A DNA stretch of 53,009 bases from Nocardioides sp. (GTDB lineage Bacteria; Actinomycetota; Actinomycetes; Propionibacteriales; Nocardioidaceae). The stretch lies in assembly GCA_036506675.1 (NCBI GenBank), contig DASXRJ010000059.1, positions 1-53,009 on the forward strand. Reading direction: 5' to 3'. Within the stretch, counting starts at the first letter, position 1, and each line of letters opens with the position of its first letter. Shown in pieces: positions 19,813 to 30,313 of this stretch. The notes under the pieces are model-generated. The model searched no databases. It was given only the letters and a program-made list of their open reading frames with translations, and was not told where the DNA came from. A program made the position numbers and the translations under genes.

Positions 19813-20756
19813 GCCCCGGATTCTGCCGCAAGTGCGGTCACGACTCGCGAGGGACTCGGCCGGCCGAGCTGCTGGGCCATCCAGACACTGGTGCCGACCA
19901 GTGCCTCGAGGTCGACGCCGGTGTCGATGCCGAGGCCGTCGAGCATCCACACCAGGTCCTCGGTGGCGAGGTTGCCGGTGGCGGACTCGGCGTACGGACA
20001 GCCGCCCAGCCCGCCCGCGCTGGCGTCGAAGGTCGTGATGCCGGCCCGCAGCGCGGCGTGCGCGTTGGCGAGCGCCTGGCCGTAGGTGTCATGGAAATGT
20101 ACGGCGAGCTGCTCCGGCGCCATGCCCGCGCCGGTGAACCCGCGGATCAGCTCGGTCACGTGGCCCGCCGTACCCACGCCGATCGTGTCGCCGAGGCTGA
20201 GCTGGCTGGCGCCCAGGTCGAACAGCCGCCGGCCCACGCCGACCACCTGCTCGACCGGTACGTCGCCCTCCCACGGGTCGCCGAAGCACATGCTGACGTA
20301 GGCCCGGACGTCGAGGCCGGCCTCGCGCGCGCGGCGTACCGTCGGCTCGAACATCGCGAACTGCTCGTCGAGCCCGCGGTTGAGGTTCTTGCGGGCGAAG
20401 GTCTCGGTGGCGCTGCCGAAGATCGCGATGTGCTGGAGGCCGAGCTCGAGCGCGCGGTCGAGGCCGCGCTCGTTGGGCACCAGCACCGGCAGGTCGCGGC
20501 TCCCCTCGCCGAGGGTGCTGCCGAGCAGCTCCATCAGGTCGGCCGCATCGGCCAGCTGCGGGACCCACTTCGGGTGCACGAAGCTGGTCGCCTCGACGAT
20601 CGGCAGCCCGGCGGCGACGAGCCGGCGGATGAACTCCGCCTTCACGTCGGTCGGCACCAGCGTCTTCTCGTTCTGCAGGCCGTCGCGGGGGCCGACCTCC
20701 CAGATCGTCACCCGCTCCGGCAGGCCCGGCTCGCGGACCAGCTGCGGCCGCCTCAT
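19809..20756 (-). CDS. hmgL: Hydroxymethylglutaryl-CoA lyase
   Basis: 'EVGPRDGLQNE', 'HFHDTYG', 'GGLGGCPYA..ATGN'. Confidence 0.95.
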   Translation of the reverse strand: MRRPQLVREPGLPERVTIWEVGPRDGLQNEKTLVPTDVKAEFIRRLVAAGLPIVEATSFVHPKWVPQLADAADLMELLGSTLGEGSRDLPVLVPNERGLDRALELGLQHIAIFGSATETFARKNLNRGLDEQFAMFEPTVRRAREAGLDVRAYVSMCFGDPWEGDVPVEQVVGVGRRLFDLGASQLSLGDTIGVGTAGHVTELIRGFTGAGMAPEQLAVHFHDTYGQALANAHAALRAGITTFDASAGGLGGCPYAESATGNLATEDLVWMLDGLGIDTGVDLEALVGTSVWMAQQLGRPSPSRVVTALAAESGA

Positions 20757-22780
20757 CCCGCGTCCCCCTCGGACGTCATGCGGACGGTGTCATCTATGGC
20801 TCGGTCCGTATGACGTCCCGGCTCGACGACGCCCGGCTCCACCACGAACAGCGTCGCCCCGAGCGGGACCTGGTCACCCACGGCGGCACCGACCTCGGCG
20901 ACGGTACCGGCGAAGTGCGCCTTGAGCGCGAGCTCCATCTTCATCGCCTCCATCACTCCGAGCGTCTCACCCTCGGCCACCCGCTGGCCGACCTTGACGT
21001 CGACCTTCAGCACCGTGCCGGGCATCGGGGCGAGGAGCGTGCCGTCGCCGACCGCCGGGCCGTGGTCGCCGAAGACATCGGGCCGTTCGAAGACGAACCG
21101 CTGTCCGCGATGCATGACCTCGATCGCGTGCGGCAGCACGTTGACCAGGGCCTGGTGCCGCTCGCCGTCGACGTCGAGGCGGATGACGTGCCGCTCCGCG
21201 GACAGCTCGCGCACCGGGGTGCCGTCGACGAGGCCGCGGCGGCGGTCCACGGTCACCGGACGGTCGAGCTCGACGACCAGTGGCGCCGGGTCGGCGCCGA
21301 GTCGCCAGCCGTCCGGCGCGAACGGGCCCGGCGTACTCGCCTGCTCGAGGACGGTGCCCTCGGTCCAGGCCGCGATCAGCCGGGGCAGGTCGTCGCCGGG
21401 CGCCTCGATCGTCGCCGTGTCGAGCCAGGCCGTGTCGATGGTCGCGTCGCGGAACTCGTCCGAGCTGGCCAAGGCCCGCAGGAACCCGGTGTTGGTGGTC
21501 AACCCGAGGATGCCGGTCTCGTCGAGCGCCGCGATCAGCGCTCGCCGGGCCGACTCGCGGTCGGGGCCGCGGGCGATCACCTTGCCGAGCATCGGGTCGT
21601 ACGACGTGCTGACCACCTGGCCGGATTCGAGCGAGTGATCCACTCTGACGGACTGCTCGGCTCGGCGCCCGACAGGCTCGCTGCCGCTCTCTTGTCGGTC
21701 CCCGCCCTCAGGCCATCTCACGATCGTGGCGACACCGGCCTGCGGCAGGAAGCCGTTGAAGGAGTCCTCGGCATAGACCCGGGCCTCGATCGCGTGTCCG
21801 TGCAGGGAGACCTCGTCCTGGGCGAACGGCAGCTTCTCGCCCGCGGCGATGCGCAGCTGCAGCTCGACCAGGTCCAGCCCCTGCTCCGAAATGCGCACGG
21901 CCAGCTCGGTGACCGGGTGCTCGACCTGGAGCCGGGTGTTCATCTCCAGGAAGTAGGCCTCGCCGGTCGCGGTGTCGAGCAGGAACTCGACTGTGCCGGC
22001 GTTCTCGTAGCCGACCTGCTTCGCCAGCGCCACGGCCGAGCTCGTGACCTGCTCGCGCTGGGCGGGCGTGATGGTCGGCGCCGGCGCCTCCTCCAGGACC
22101 TTCTGGTGCCGGCGCTGGGTGGAGCAGTCGCGCTCGAAGAGGTGCACCACGTTGCCGTGGCCGTCGGCGAGCACCTGCACCTCGATGTGGCGGCCCGACT
22201 CGACGTACTTCTCGATCAGCATGGTGTCGTCGCCGAACGCCTTCGCCGCCTCGCGGCCCGCGGCGGCCACCGCGTCGGCGTACTCCTCGGGGCCGCGGAC
22301 CACCCGCATGCCCTTGCCGCCGCCGCCCGCCGCCGCCTTGACGAGCACCGGGAAGGCGAGGTCGGCGGCCGGCGTGTCGAGCGAGTACGACGGCACCACC
22401 GGTACGCCGGCCGCCACCGCGATCTCGCGGGCGCGGTCCTTGCGACCCATCTGCTCCATCACCTCGGCACTCGGGCCGACCAGCTTGATGCCGGCGTCCT
22501 GACACGCCTGGGCGAAGGCCGCCCGCTCGGAGAGGAAGCCGTAGCCGGGGTGGATGAAGCCGGCACCGGAGGAGACCGCGGCCGCGACCACCGCGTCGAT
22601 GTCGAGGTAGCTCTCCACCCGCACCGCGGCATCGGCCGCCCGCACGTGCAGCGCGGACCGGTCGAGGTCGGTGTGGATCGCGACGGTGCGCCAGCCGAGG
22701 GCGGACGCGGAGCGCAGCACCCGCAGCGCGATCTCGCCGCGGTTGGCGATCAGGACGGTATTCATGTTCACCGTGCTCAC
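20753..22780 (-). CDS. mccA: 3-methylcrotonyl-CoA carboxylase alpha subunit (biotin carboxylase + BCCP)
   Basis: 'IANRGEIA', 'HPGYGFLSE', '[10 protein letters not shown]', biotinylation site 'EAMKME'; start GTG 22780 or ATG 22765. Confidence 0.9.
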   Translation of the reverse strand: MSTVNMNTVLIANRGEIALRVLRSASALGWRTVAIHTDLDRSALHVRAADAAVRVESYLDIDAVVAAAVSSGAGFIHPGYGFLSERAAFAQACQDAGIKLVGPSAEVMEQMGRKDRAREIAVAAGVPVVPSYSLDTPAADLAFPVLVKAAAGGGGKGMRVVRGPEEYADAVAAAGREAAKAFGDDTMLIEKYVESGRHIEVQVLADGHGNVVHLFERDCSTQRRHQKVLEEAPAPTITPAQREQVTSSAVALAKQVGYENAGTVEFLLDTATGEAYFLEMNTRLQVEHPVTELAVRISEQGLDLVELQLRIAAGEKLPFAQDEVSLHGHAIEARVYAEDSFNGFLPQAGVATIVRWPEGGDRQESGSEPVGRRAEQSVRVDHSLESGQVVSTSYDPMLGKVIARGPDRESARRALIAALDETGILGLTTNTGFLRALASSDEFRDATIDTAWLDTATIEAPGDDLPRLIAAWTEGTVLEQASTPGPFAPDGWRLGADPAPLVVELDRPVTVDRRRGLVDGTPVRELSAERHVIRLDVDGERHQALVNVLPHAIEVMHRGQRFVFERPDVFGDHGPAVGDGTLLAPMPGTVLKVDVKVGQRVAEGETLGVMEAMKMELALKAHFAGTVAEVGAAVGDQVPLGATLFVVEPGVVEPGRHTDRAIDDTVRMTSEGDAG

Positions 22781-24378
22781 ATCCGGAAGATGCCGTAGTT
22801 GGGAGCGGGGGTCGGTACGCCGGCCGCGACCGCCAGGCCCATTCCGAGCACCCGGCGGGTGTCGGCGGGGTCGATCACGCCGTCGTCCCAGAGCCGCGCG
22901 GTCGAGTAGTACGGCGACCCCTGGTGCTCGTACTGGTCGCGGATCGGCGCCTTGAACGACTCCTCGTCCTCCGCGCTCCACTCGCCGCCCTTGGCTGAGC
23001 CCCCCTTGGCCAGCAGAGCGTCTCGGCGCACCGTCGCAAGCACCGACGCCGCCTGCTCGCCGCCCATCACCGAGATCCGCGCATTGGGCCACATCCACAG
23101 GAACCGCGGGTCGTAGGCGCGGCCGCACATGCCGTAGTTGCCGGCGCCGAAGGAGCCGCCGATGACGACGGTGAACTTCGGGACGACCGAGCACGCGACC
23201 GCCGTGACCAGCTTGGCGCCGTCGCGGGCGATGCCGCGGTTCTCGTACTCGCGGCCGACCATGAAGCCGGTGATGTTCTGCAGGAACACCAGCGGGATCT
23301 TGCGCTGGTTGCAGAGCTCGATGAAGTGCGCGCCCTTGAGCGCCGACTCGCTGAACAGGATGCCGTTGTTGGCCACGATCCCGACTCGGTGGCCCCAGAT
23401 GCTGGCGAACCCGGTCACCAGCGTCTCGCCGTACAGGTGCTTGAACTCGTGGAAGCGGCTGCCGTCGACGATCCGCCGGATCACCTCGCGCACGTCGTAC
23501 GGCGTCCGGGTGTCCGACGGTATGACGTCGTACAGGCTCTCGGGGGCCTCGTGCGGCTCCTCGACGTCGCCGTCCGCCAAGCCCTGGATGGTCGGGGTCG
23601 GCAGCGTGTCGACGATGCTGCGGATGATCGCGAGCGCGTGCGCGTCGTCCTCGGCCAGGTGGTCGACGACGCCGGACCTGCGAGCGTGTACGTCGCCGCC
23701 GCCGAGGTCCTCCGCGGTCACCACCTCGCCGGTCGCGGCCTTCACCAGCGGCGGGCCACCGAGGAAGATCGTGCCCTGCTCCTTGACGATCACGGTCTCG
23801 TCGGACATCGCCGGCACGTAGGCGCCGCCGGCCGTGCACGAGCCCATCACCGCGGCGATCTGCGGGATGCCGGCCGCGGACAGGTTCGCCTGGTTGAAGA
23901 AGATCCGGCCGAAGTGCTCCTTGTCGGGGAACACTTCGTCCTGCATCGGCAGGAAGGCGCCACCGGAGTCGACCAGGTAGATGCAGGGAAGATGGTTCTG
24001 CCGGGCGACCTCCTGCGCGCGCAGGTGCTTCTTGACCGTGATCGGGTAGTAGGTGCCGCCCTTGACCGTCGCGTCGTTGGCCACGATCACGCACGGCCGG
24101 CCGTGCACCAGGCCGATGCCGGTGACCACGCCGGCGCTCGGGACGGTGTCGGGCGCGCCCTGCTGGCCGTTGGGTTGGGGGCCGTACATCCCGGTCGCGG
24201 CGAGCGCGCTCAGCTCCAGGAACGGGCTGCCCGGGTCGAGCAGCCGGTCGATCCGGTCGCGCGCGAGCAGCTTGCCGCGATCGGTGTGCTTGCGGCGAGC
24301 CGCCTCGCTGCCGCCCTGCCGTACGACGGCCAGCCGCTCGCGCAGCTCGTCGACCAACGGCTTGAGACCGGTGTCCAC
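22777..24378 (-). CDS. mccB: 3-methylcrotonyl-CoA carboxylase beta subunit (carboxyltransferase)
   Basis: '[13 protein letters not shown]', 'GSCTAGGAY', 'ARLWDDG', C-terminal 'GIFRM'. Confidence 0.93.
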   Translation of the reverse strand: MDTGLKPLVDELRERLAVVRQGGSEAARRKHTDRGKLLARDRIDRLLDPGSPFLELSALAATGMYGPQPNGQQGAPDTVPSAGVVTGIGLVHGRPCVIVANDATVKGGTYYPITVKKHLRAQEVARQNHLPCIYLVDSGGAFLPMQDEVFPDKEHFGRIFFNQANLSAAGIPQIAAVMGSCTAGGAYVPAMSDETVIVKEQGTIFLGGPPLVKAATGEVVTAEDLGGGDVHARRSGVVDHLAEDDAHALAIIRSIVDTLPTPTIQGLADGDVEEPHEAPESLYDVIPSDTRTPYDVREVIRRIVDGSRFHEFKHLYGETLVTGFASIWGHRVGIVANNGILFSESALKGAHFIELCNQRKIPLVFLQNITGFMVGREYENRGIARDGAKLVTAVACSVVPKFTVVIGGSFGAGNYGMCGRAYDPRFLWMWPNARISVMGGEQAASVLATVRRDALLAKGGSAKGGEWSAEDEESFKAPIRDQYEHQGSPYYSTARLWDDGVIDPADTRRVLGMGLAVAAGVPTPAPNYGIFRM

Positions 24379-24435
24379 TTCGCCTCCCGGTGGGAACGTC
24401 TGGGTGCGCCCGACGGCGCGCTCCCGAGGTTACTC

Positions 24436-24480
24436 AGGTTAACGTTCGCTAACCACTCATAGGTTAACGCTCACTAACCA
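24436..24480. promoter_or_regulatory. Two tandem TetR operators (AccR/BkaR-type GTTA-N8-TAAC)
   Basis: aggttaacgttcgctaacca (24436-24455) and aggttaacgctcactaacca (24461-24480). Confidence 0.8.
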
Positions 24481-24579
24481 GCCGCGTCCAGTCCGAGGGC
24501 CCGAGAAGAGCGCCGGCTGCGGTGGGCGTCCCGAAACACCCACCCCAGCCGGTGCGGTTCGACCGAGCGACAGCCGAGA

Positions 24580-26127
24580 TCAGTCGCTCCAGATGACCTC
24601 CCAGGTCACGTTGTCGCCGTGCTGCTGGGTCCAGAACGTCCGCCACTCCGGCGCGTAGACGTTCGGGACCTCGGCGCCGAGCAGGCCGGCCTCGGTCGGG
24701 TCACCGTCGGACACGTGGATGCCGGTGATCTCGTTGTCGCCGTCGTTGTACGACGGTCCCCCGGCCGCGTCGAAGGTGGCCGACGCGTCGCGACCCTCGG
24801 CCAGCCAGCGCACCCCCTCCGGCGCCTTGCTGTGCCGCGAGACGTCGTACACCCAGCCGGAGTCGAGCTCGTTGCGCTGGGTGTGCATGCCGTCGCCGCC
24901 GTCCTCGACCACGAGCACGTCGTCCTTGCTCGCGAACGAGAGGTTGTCGAAGCCCGCGTGGTGGGCGTCGCCGACGGCGGCAATGCTGATCTTGCCGGTG
25001 CTGGCGCCCGGCGACGACTGGCTGATCCGGAAGACGCCGCCGAAGGCGCCCGGCAGGGTGCTGTTGAGCGAGGTGTCGCCGGTCTCGGTGAAGTAGAACT
25101 CCTTGAAGCCGGTGCCCGGGCGGAAGACGCCGTTCTCGGGGCGCTTCAGGGGCGTGGCCTGGGCGACCTTCGCGGCGGCGGTCGCGTCGAACGCCTCCGT
25201 GGTGCCGGTGTGCACGGCGACCCACTTCGTCGAGAACGACGTGCCGAAGGTGTGAAGCTCGGAGATGAACGGGTCCGACGGGTTCGACTGCAGCTGGTCT
25301 GCCGTGGCCGGCGTACCGTCCGTGCGGAGGATCTGCAGCGCCTCGAGGGTGCCGCCCTTGGTCAGGTCGGTCTTGTCGGCCGGGACGAACCGGTAGACGT
25401 AGCTGTTGGGCACCTTGCCGCCCGAGACTCCCGTGCCGCCGATGTCCTCGACGAGCCAGACGTTGCCGTCCTTGTCGTTCTGCACGCCCTCGTAGCCGCC
25501 CGAGCCCAGCGCCGGCAACCGGTTGGCGGTCCCGTCGACCGGGTCACCGTTGGCGTCCAGGCTCACCGCGAGTACGCCGCCGGTCGGCGCCTTGGCCTCG
25601 GCGGTCAGCAGCAGCTGGTGGCTGAACGGGTCCCAGGTGATGCCGTCGATGGTCGGGAACGGGTTGCCCGCGGAGTCGGCCTCGGCGATCAGGGTGACCC
25701 GCTTGGCGGGGTCGGTCTCGTCGAGGTTGATCCGGGTGACGATGCCCCGGGGGCCGTTCTCGTGGCCCTGGTAGAGGTAGTGCTTGCCGTTGAAGACGAG
25801 GTAGACGTTCTTGTCGGGCTCGGTCTTGTAGGCCTCGTTCGAAGCCTGCGTCAGCGGGCCGCCGTTCGCGGTGTTGTAGCCGTAGTGGGTCACACCGGTC
25901 GCGGCGTCGGGGTTGGTGAGCGCGAGACCGCCCCACGCGACGGCTGCCTGGTGCGCGCTCGGCGTCAGCACGTTGCCCTCGACGCCGAACCGCGGGTTGG
26001 CGCTGGGTACGCCGACGACGCTGAGGCCGGAGTTCGCCTCGGCCGAGCCGATCGCCAGGACGAAGGCCGCCCCCGCGGCCGCAGCGCCGATGGCGCCGAT
26101 CCTGGTCAGAGTGACGTTGTTCATCAT
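24580..26127 (-). CDS. Secreted PhoX/DUF839-like beta-propeller protein
   Basis: Signal peptide ending 'SAEA'; 'GYEG', 'LKRPENG', 'FDNL', 'VEDG', 'EITG'; RBS gaaagg. Confidence 0.75.
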   Translation of the reverse strand: MMNNVTLTRIGAIGAAAAGAAFVLAIGSAEANSGLSVVGVPSANPRFGVEGNVLTPSAHQAAVAWGGLALTNPDAATGVTHYGYNTANGGPLTQASNEAYKTEPDKNVYLVFNGKHYLYQGHENGPRGIVTRINLDETDPAKRVTLIAEADSAGNPFPTIDGITWDPFSHQLLLTAEAKAPTGGVLAVSLDANGDPVDGTANRLPALGSGGYEGVQNDKDGNVWLVEDIGGTGVSGGKVPNSYVYRFVPADKTDLTKGGTLEALQILRTDGTPATADQLQSNPSDPFISELHTFGTSFSTKWVAVHTGTTEAFDATAAAKVAQATPLKRPENGVFRPGTGFKEFYFTETGDTSLNSTLPGAFGGVFRISQSSPGASTGKISIAAVGDAHHAGFDNLSFASKDDVLVVEDGGDGMHTQRNELDSGWVYDVSRHSKAPEGVRWLAEGRDASATFDAAGGPSYNDGDNEITGIHVSDGDPTEAGLLGAEVPNVYAPEWRTFWTQQHGDNVTWEVIWSD

Positions 26128-26209
26128 GAACCTTTCGGGAGTGGTGCGGGTGGCCGGCGGCGACCGGCCACCGGCCACCCTCCGCCCCGTGGGCGACGAC
26201 GCGGCTCCC

Positions 26210-26231
26210 GAACGACGAACCCCCGGTGAAT
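26210..26231 (-). promoter_or_regulatory. Candidate PHO box (two 11-nt direct-repeat units)
   Basis: Minus strand ATTCACCGGGG-GTTCGTCGTTC upstream of the PhoX-like gene; resembles the Streptomyces PhoP GTTCAYYY unit. Confidence 0.4.
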
Positions 26232-26251
26232 TCGTAAGGCTCCGGTTCGCC

Positions 26252-26268
26252 GTTAACGACCGCTAACC
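26252..26268. promoter_or_regulatory. Third copy of the GTTA-N8-TAAC operator, over the TetR -10 (autoregulation)
   Basis: gttaacgaccgctaacc; overlaps TAACCT (26264-26269), 6 nt before ATG. Confidence 0.75.
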
Positions 26269-26275
26269 TAGGTAC

Positions 26276-26842
26276 ATGACCGACCAGCCTGCCAACCGCC
26301 GCGAGCAGATCCTCGGGCGCGCCGCGGAGCTGTTCGCCGAGCGCGGGTTCCACGGCGTCTCGGTCGCCGACCTGGGCGCCGCGTGCGGGATCAGCGGTCC
26401 GGCGCTCTACAAGCACTTCGAGTCCAAGGACGCGATGCTCGCCGAGATGCTGGTCTCGATCTCCGAGGAGCTGCTCGCGGTCGGCAAGGAACGGATAGCC
26501 GACGGCGAGGGGCTGGTCGGGCTGGTCGACTGGCACGTCACCTTCGCGCTCGCCAACAAGCCGCTGATCGTCGTCCAGGACCGCGACTGGTCGTCGCTGC
26601 CGGACGACGCGCGCGAGCGGGTCCGCACCCTCCAGCGCAAGTACGTCGACCTGTGGGTCCGCCAGCTCCGGGACCGGCACACCGGCCTGTCCCGCCCGCA
26701 GGCGCTGGCCCGGGTGCACGCCACCTTCGGGCTGCTCAACTCCACTCCGCACAGCGCGTTCATGGCCGACGCCGAGATGCGTACGACGCTCACCGAGATG
26801 GCCCTGCGCGCCCTGGACGTCGCCGGAACCGCCGACGGCTGA
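26276..26842 (+). CDS. TetR-family regulator of the acyl-CoA carboxylase operon (AccR/BkaR-like)
   Basis: 'GFHGVSVADLGAACGISGPALYKHF', 'FGLLNSTPHS'; shares its operator with mccB. Confidence 0.9.
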   Translation: MTDQPANRREQILGRAAELFAERGFHGVSVADLGAACGISGPALYKHFESKDAMLAEMLVSISEELLAVGKERIADGEGLVGLVDWHVTFALANKPLIVVQDRDWSSLPDDARERVRTLQRKYVDLWVRQLRDRHTGLSRPQALARVHATFGLLNSTPHSAFMADAEMRTTLTEMALRALDVAGTADG

Positions 26843-26879
26843 GTGCGGCTGCTCGGATCGGGCCGCCGGTGCGCGCTCC

Positions 26880-27524
26880 TCACGCCCCACTGTCGTCGAG
26901 CAGCCGCGCCGCCCGCACCGCGGCGTCGTAGGCGACCTCGAGGTCGTCGTCGGGCTCCGCCGGGGCGGCGTCGCTCTGCCGGGCGTGCAGCGCGGACAGC
27001 AGGTGCTCGCGGGGCAGCCCGCGCAGATGGGTGAGCAGCAGCGGGTCGTCCTCGACCAGCCAGCAGGTCTGGTAGAGCAGCGCGAGCGCGTGCCGGCAGG
27101 GCTGGGTCCAGGCGCCACAGGAGCAGTCGGCCTCGAACTCACCGCCGTACGGCAGCAGCTCGACGCCCGACTCCTCGGCGTCCTCGGCGAGCCGGTGCGG
27201 GAGGTCGCCGGCCAGCAGCGCGGCCACCCGGCCGGCCTCGGCCGCCACCAGCTCGACGAACGCGGCGACCTGCTCCGGCGGCAGCGTTGGTACGACGACC
27301 CGCGGCGTCCAGGCGTCCTCACCCTCCTCGACGGCCGCATGGAAGCCGCCCGGGCCGATCGTGATCCCACCGAGCCGGCCGCTCCTGGCCAGCGTCCGGG
27401 CGGCGCGCAGGTCGGAGTCGTCGTACGCCGACTCCTCGACCGCGCGCACCCACGCCTTGCCCCACCAGGTGACCGCCCGTGCGCTCCGGGCCCGGGGCGG
27501 GAAGCGCGGATGGGTGACCTGCAT
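26880..27524 (-). CDS. SWIM zinc-finger protein
   Basis: 'WWGKAW', 'DCSCGAWTQPCRH' (CxC..CxH). Confidence 0.88.
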   Translation of the reverse strand: MQVTHPRFPPRARSARAVTWWGKAWVRAVEESAYDDSDLRAARTLARSGRLGGITIGPGGFHAAVEEGEDAWTPRVVVPTLPPEQVAAFVELVAAEAGRVAALLAGDLPHRLAEDAEESGVELLPYGGEFEADCSCGAWTQPCRHALALLYQTCWLVEDDPLLLTHLRGLPREHLLSALHARQSDAAPAEPDDDLEVAYDAAVRAARLLDDSGA

Positions 27525-27538
27525 CAGCCCACCCGCCC

Positions 27539-30265
27539 TCAGTCGGTCCGGCGCAGCGTGACCAGGTCGCGCAGCTCGGAGTCGCTCAGCTCGGTCAGCG
27601 CGGTCTCGCCCTTGGTGAGGACCGAGTCGGCCAGCGCCCGCTTGCGGGTCAGCAGCTCGGCGATCTTCTCCTCGATGGTGCCCTGGGTGATCAGCCGGTG
27701 CACCTGCACCGGCCTGGTCTGCCCGATCCGGTAGGCCCGGTCGGTGGCCTGCTCCTCCACCGCCGGGTTCCACCAGCGGTCGAAGTGCACGACGTGGTCG
27801 GCCGCGGTCAGGTTGAGCCCGGTGCCGCCGGCCTTGAGGGAGAGCAGGAACACCGGCACTCCGCCGTTCTCTGGGCCCTCCTGGAAGCGGGCCACCATCG
27901 CCTCCCGCTCCCGCACCGGGGTGCCGCCGTGCAGGAACTGATGCGGTACGCCGCCGCGCGTCAGATGTCCTTCGAGCAGCCGGGCCATGGCGACGTACTG
28001 CGTGAAGATCAGCATCGCGCCGTCCTCGGACAGCACCGTGCCGAGCAGCTCGTCGAGCAGGTCGAACTTCTCCGACCGGCCGGCCAGCCGCGGGCTCGGC
28101 TGCTTCAAGTAGTGGGCCGGGTGGTTGCAGATCTGCTTGAGCCCGGTCAGCAGCTTGAGCACCAGGCCGCGCCGGGTCTCCGGGTCGGAACGCTCGATCC
28201 GGTCCATCGAGTCGCGCACCAGCGCCTCGTAGAGCACCACCTGTTCGCGGGTCATGCCGACGGGATGATCGGTCTCGGTCTTGGCGGGCAGCTCGGGCGC
28301 GATGCCGGGGTCGGACTTGCGCCGGCGCAGCAGGAACGGCTCGATCAGGCCCGCGAACCGCTGGGTGATCGCAGGGTCGACCCCCGACTCGATGGGTGCC
28401 GCCCACGCCTTGCGGAAGGCGTTGCGGCTGCCGAGCAGCCCCGGCGTGGCCCAGTCGAGGATCGCCCAGAGCTCGGTGAGGTTGTTCTCGACCGGGGTGC
28501 CGGTGAGCGCCACCCGCGCGTTCGACGGGATCGCCCGGAGCGCCTTGGCGGTCGAGGACTGGGGGTTCTTGACGTGCTGGGCCTCGTCGGCGACGACCAG
28601 GTCCCAGGGCACGCCGGCCAGCGCGCCGCCGTTGCCGTGGTCGCTGCGCATCGTGCCGTACGTCGTCAGCACGAACCCGCCCGCGCGCAGATCGGTCAGG
28701 TCGCGCCGGCCGGCGTGGAACCGGCGTACCGGAACCTCGGGCGCGAACCTCCGGATCTCGGCCTCCCAGTTGCCCAGCAGCGAGGTCGGGCAGACCACCA
28801 GCGTCGGGCCCTTCTGTCCGGCCTCGGCCCGGTGCAGGTGCAGCGCGATCAGGGTGACGGTCTTGCCGAGGCCCATGTCGTCGGCCAGGCAGGCACCCAG
28901 GCCGAGCGAGGTGAGCTGGGCCAGCCAGGTCAGGCCGTGCCGCTGGTAGCCGCGCAGCTCGGCCCGCAGCCCGGCCGGCACCGGGATGGGGTCGCGGGTG
29001 GCCGAGTCGAGGAGGTCGCGGCGTACCTTCTCCAGCGTCGCGCCGACGACCACCGGCACGTCCTGGTCCTCGACCTTGACGACTCCGGTGAGGGTCGCGG
29101 CCAGCGCCTGGGCGGGCTTGACCTCGCGGACCAGCCGGCGGCGGGCCCGCTTCGCCATCGCCGGGTCGACGATGGTCCAGTTGTCCCGCAGCCGGATCAC
29201 CGGCGTGGTGGCCGCCGCGAGCCGGTCCATCTCCTCGGGCGTGAGCGGGTCGCCGTGCAGGGCCAGCTGCCAGGTGAAGGAGAACATCGCGTCCGGCCCG
29301 AACAGCCCCGTCATCAGCGGGTTGTCGCGCTGCCGCGGCGCGAGCACGGTCCGCGCGGTGAGGTCGCGGCTGAGGCTGCGCGGCCACAGCACGGGTACGC
29401 CGCGTGCCTCAAGCGCCGGGACCCCCTCCTCGAGCAGGTTGGCCAGCTCCAGCCCGTCGAGGGTGATCTGGTCGGGCACGCGCAGGTCGAGCAGCCGGTC
29501 GAGCACCGGCCAGGCGTCGGCAGCGGCCCGGAGCGCGATGGTGGCGTGGGTGCGGGCCCGGTCACCGAACCCGTGCGTCGCCGCCGCGCCGCTCTCGGTC
29601 CAGAGCAGGGCGGCGTCGGCGACGTGGAGCGGGTTGCGCTCGTCGTGGACCTGGAGCACCAGCCGGCACGCGCCCCCGACGAGCTCCTGCTCGTCGGCCT
29701 CGACCCGCAGCGAGATGGTGACCAGGTTGGGCCGGTTGTCGGGCTCCGGGCGCGCGTGCTCGTCGATCAGCCTCTTGAGCCGGTCGGCGAACGGCGCCCG
29801 GCCGCTGGTCCCGCGGCGGGCGGGTGCGGCGGACCCGAGCGATCCGGCCGACCCGACGACCGAGCCGGCCGCGGGCGGCGTACGCGGCATGGCGTCGACC
29901 ACCGCGTCGACGACGGCCCGGATGATGCCCTCGGCGGTCGCGGCGTCGACGCCGTCGTACGCCCGGGCGATCGCGAGCTGCTCGATCCGGTCGTCGTCGC
30001 CCTCGCCGTACGCCGGTCGCCAGTGGCCCTCAGCAGGCTCCAGCCGCCCGGCCGCGACCATCCGCAGCCCCAGCAGCGCGGCGCCCGACAGGAGCGTGAC
30101 CGAGGGGTGCGACGCGTCGTCGGCGTGCGCCTTCGTCAGCACCGGTACGGCGCCCCGGATCGGCAGCGACACCACCCGCCGGTCGTCGCGGAACTCGACC
30201 GCCCCCTCCCGCGGCGGCTCGCCGTGCCGGAACCTGGCGGCGCCGGTGACCGGGACGAAGCTCAC
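27539..30265 (-). CDS. SNF2/SWI2-family ATPase (HelZ-like)
   Basis: 'LADDMGLGKT', 'DEAQ', 'LTGTPVEN', 'WWNPAVEEQATDRAYRIGQ'. Confidence 0.95.
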   Translation of the reverse strand: MSFVPVTGAARFRHGEPPREGAVEFRDDRRVVSLPIRGAVPVLTKAHADDASHPSVTLLSGAALLGLRMVAAGRLEPAEGHWRPAYGEGDDDRIEQLAIARAYDGVDAATAEGIIRAVVDAVVDAMPRTPPAAGSVVGSAGSLGSAAPARRGTSGRAPFADRLKRLIDEHARPEPDNRPNLVTISLRVEADEQELVGGACRLVLQVHDERNPLHVADAALLWTESGAAATHGFGDRARTHATIALRAAADAWPVLDRLLDLRVPDQITLDGLELANLLEEGVPALEARGVPVLWPRSLSRDLTARTVLAPRQRDNPLMTGLFGPDAMFSFTWQLALHGDPLTPEEMDRLAAATTPVIRLRDNWTIVDPAMAKRARRRLVREVKPAQALAATLTGVVKVEDQDVPVVVGATLEKVRRDLLDSATRDPIPVPAGLRAELRGYQRHGLTWLAQLTSLGLGACLADDMGLGKTVTLIALHLHRAEAGQKGPTLVVCPTSLLGNWEAEIRRFAPEVPVRRFHAGRRDLTDLRAGGFVLTTYGTMRSDHGNGGALAGVPWDLVVADEAQHVKNPQSSTAKALRAIPSNARVALTGTPVENNLTELWAILDWATPGLLGSRNAFRKAWAAPIESGVDPAITQRFAGLIEPFLLRRRKSDPGIAPELPAKTETDHPVGMTREQVVLYEALVRDSMDRIERSDPETRRGLVLKLLTGLKQICNHPAHYLKQPSPRLAGRSEKFDLLDELLGTVLSEDGAMLIFTQYVAMARLLEGHLTRGGVPHQFLHGGTPVREREAMVARFQEGPENGGVPVFLLSLKAGGTGLNLTAADHVVHFDRWWNPAVEEQATDRAYRIGQTRPVQVHRLITQGTIEEKIAELLTRKRALADSVLTKGETALTELSDSELRDLVTLRRTD

Positions 30266-30313
30266 GTCGTACCTCTCGCTGAGACTCTGGCTGGACTCTC
30301 GCTGGACCCGGAG

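Noticed and set aside
20753-24094. Apparent long or fused ORFs (1113 aa; also 16425-18707, 26880-29387, 42392-44638, 50019-52835, 7190-9043)
   Set aside because: The N-terminal extensions are off-frame readings of the upstream gene. The true starts are at 4-bp overlaps or just after the upstream stop, so no frameshift is needed.
26880-30265. Anti-phage defence system (DISARM/Zorya-like helicase)
   Set aside because: There are no MTase, nuclease or membrane partners. SNF2+SWIM is a common actinobacterial pair and has a damage-type promoter.
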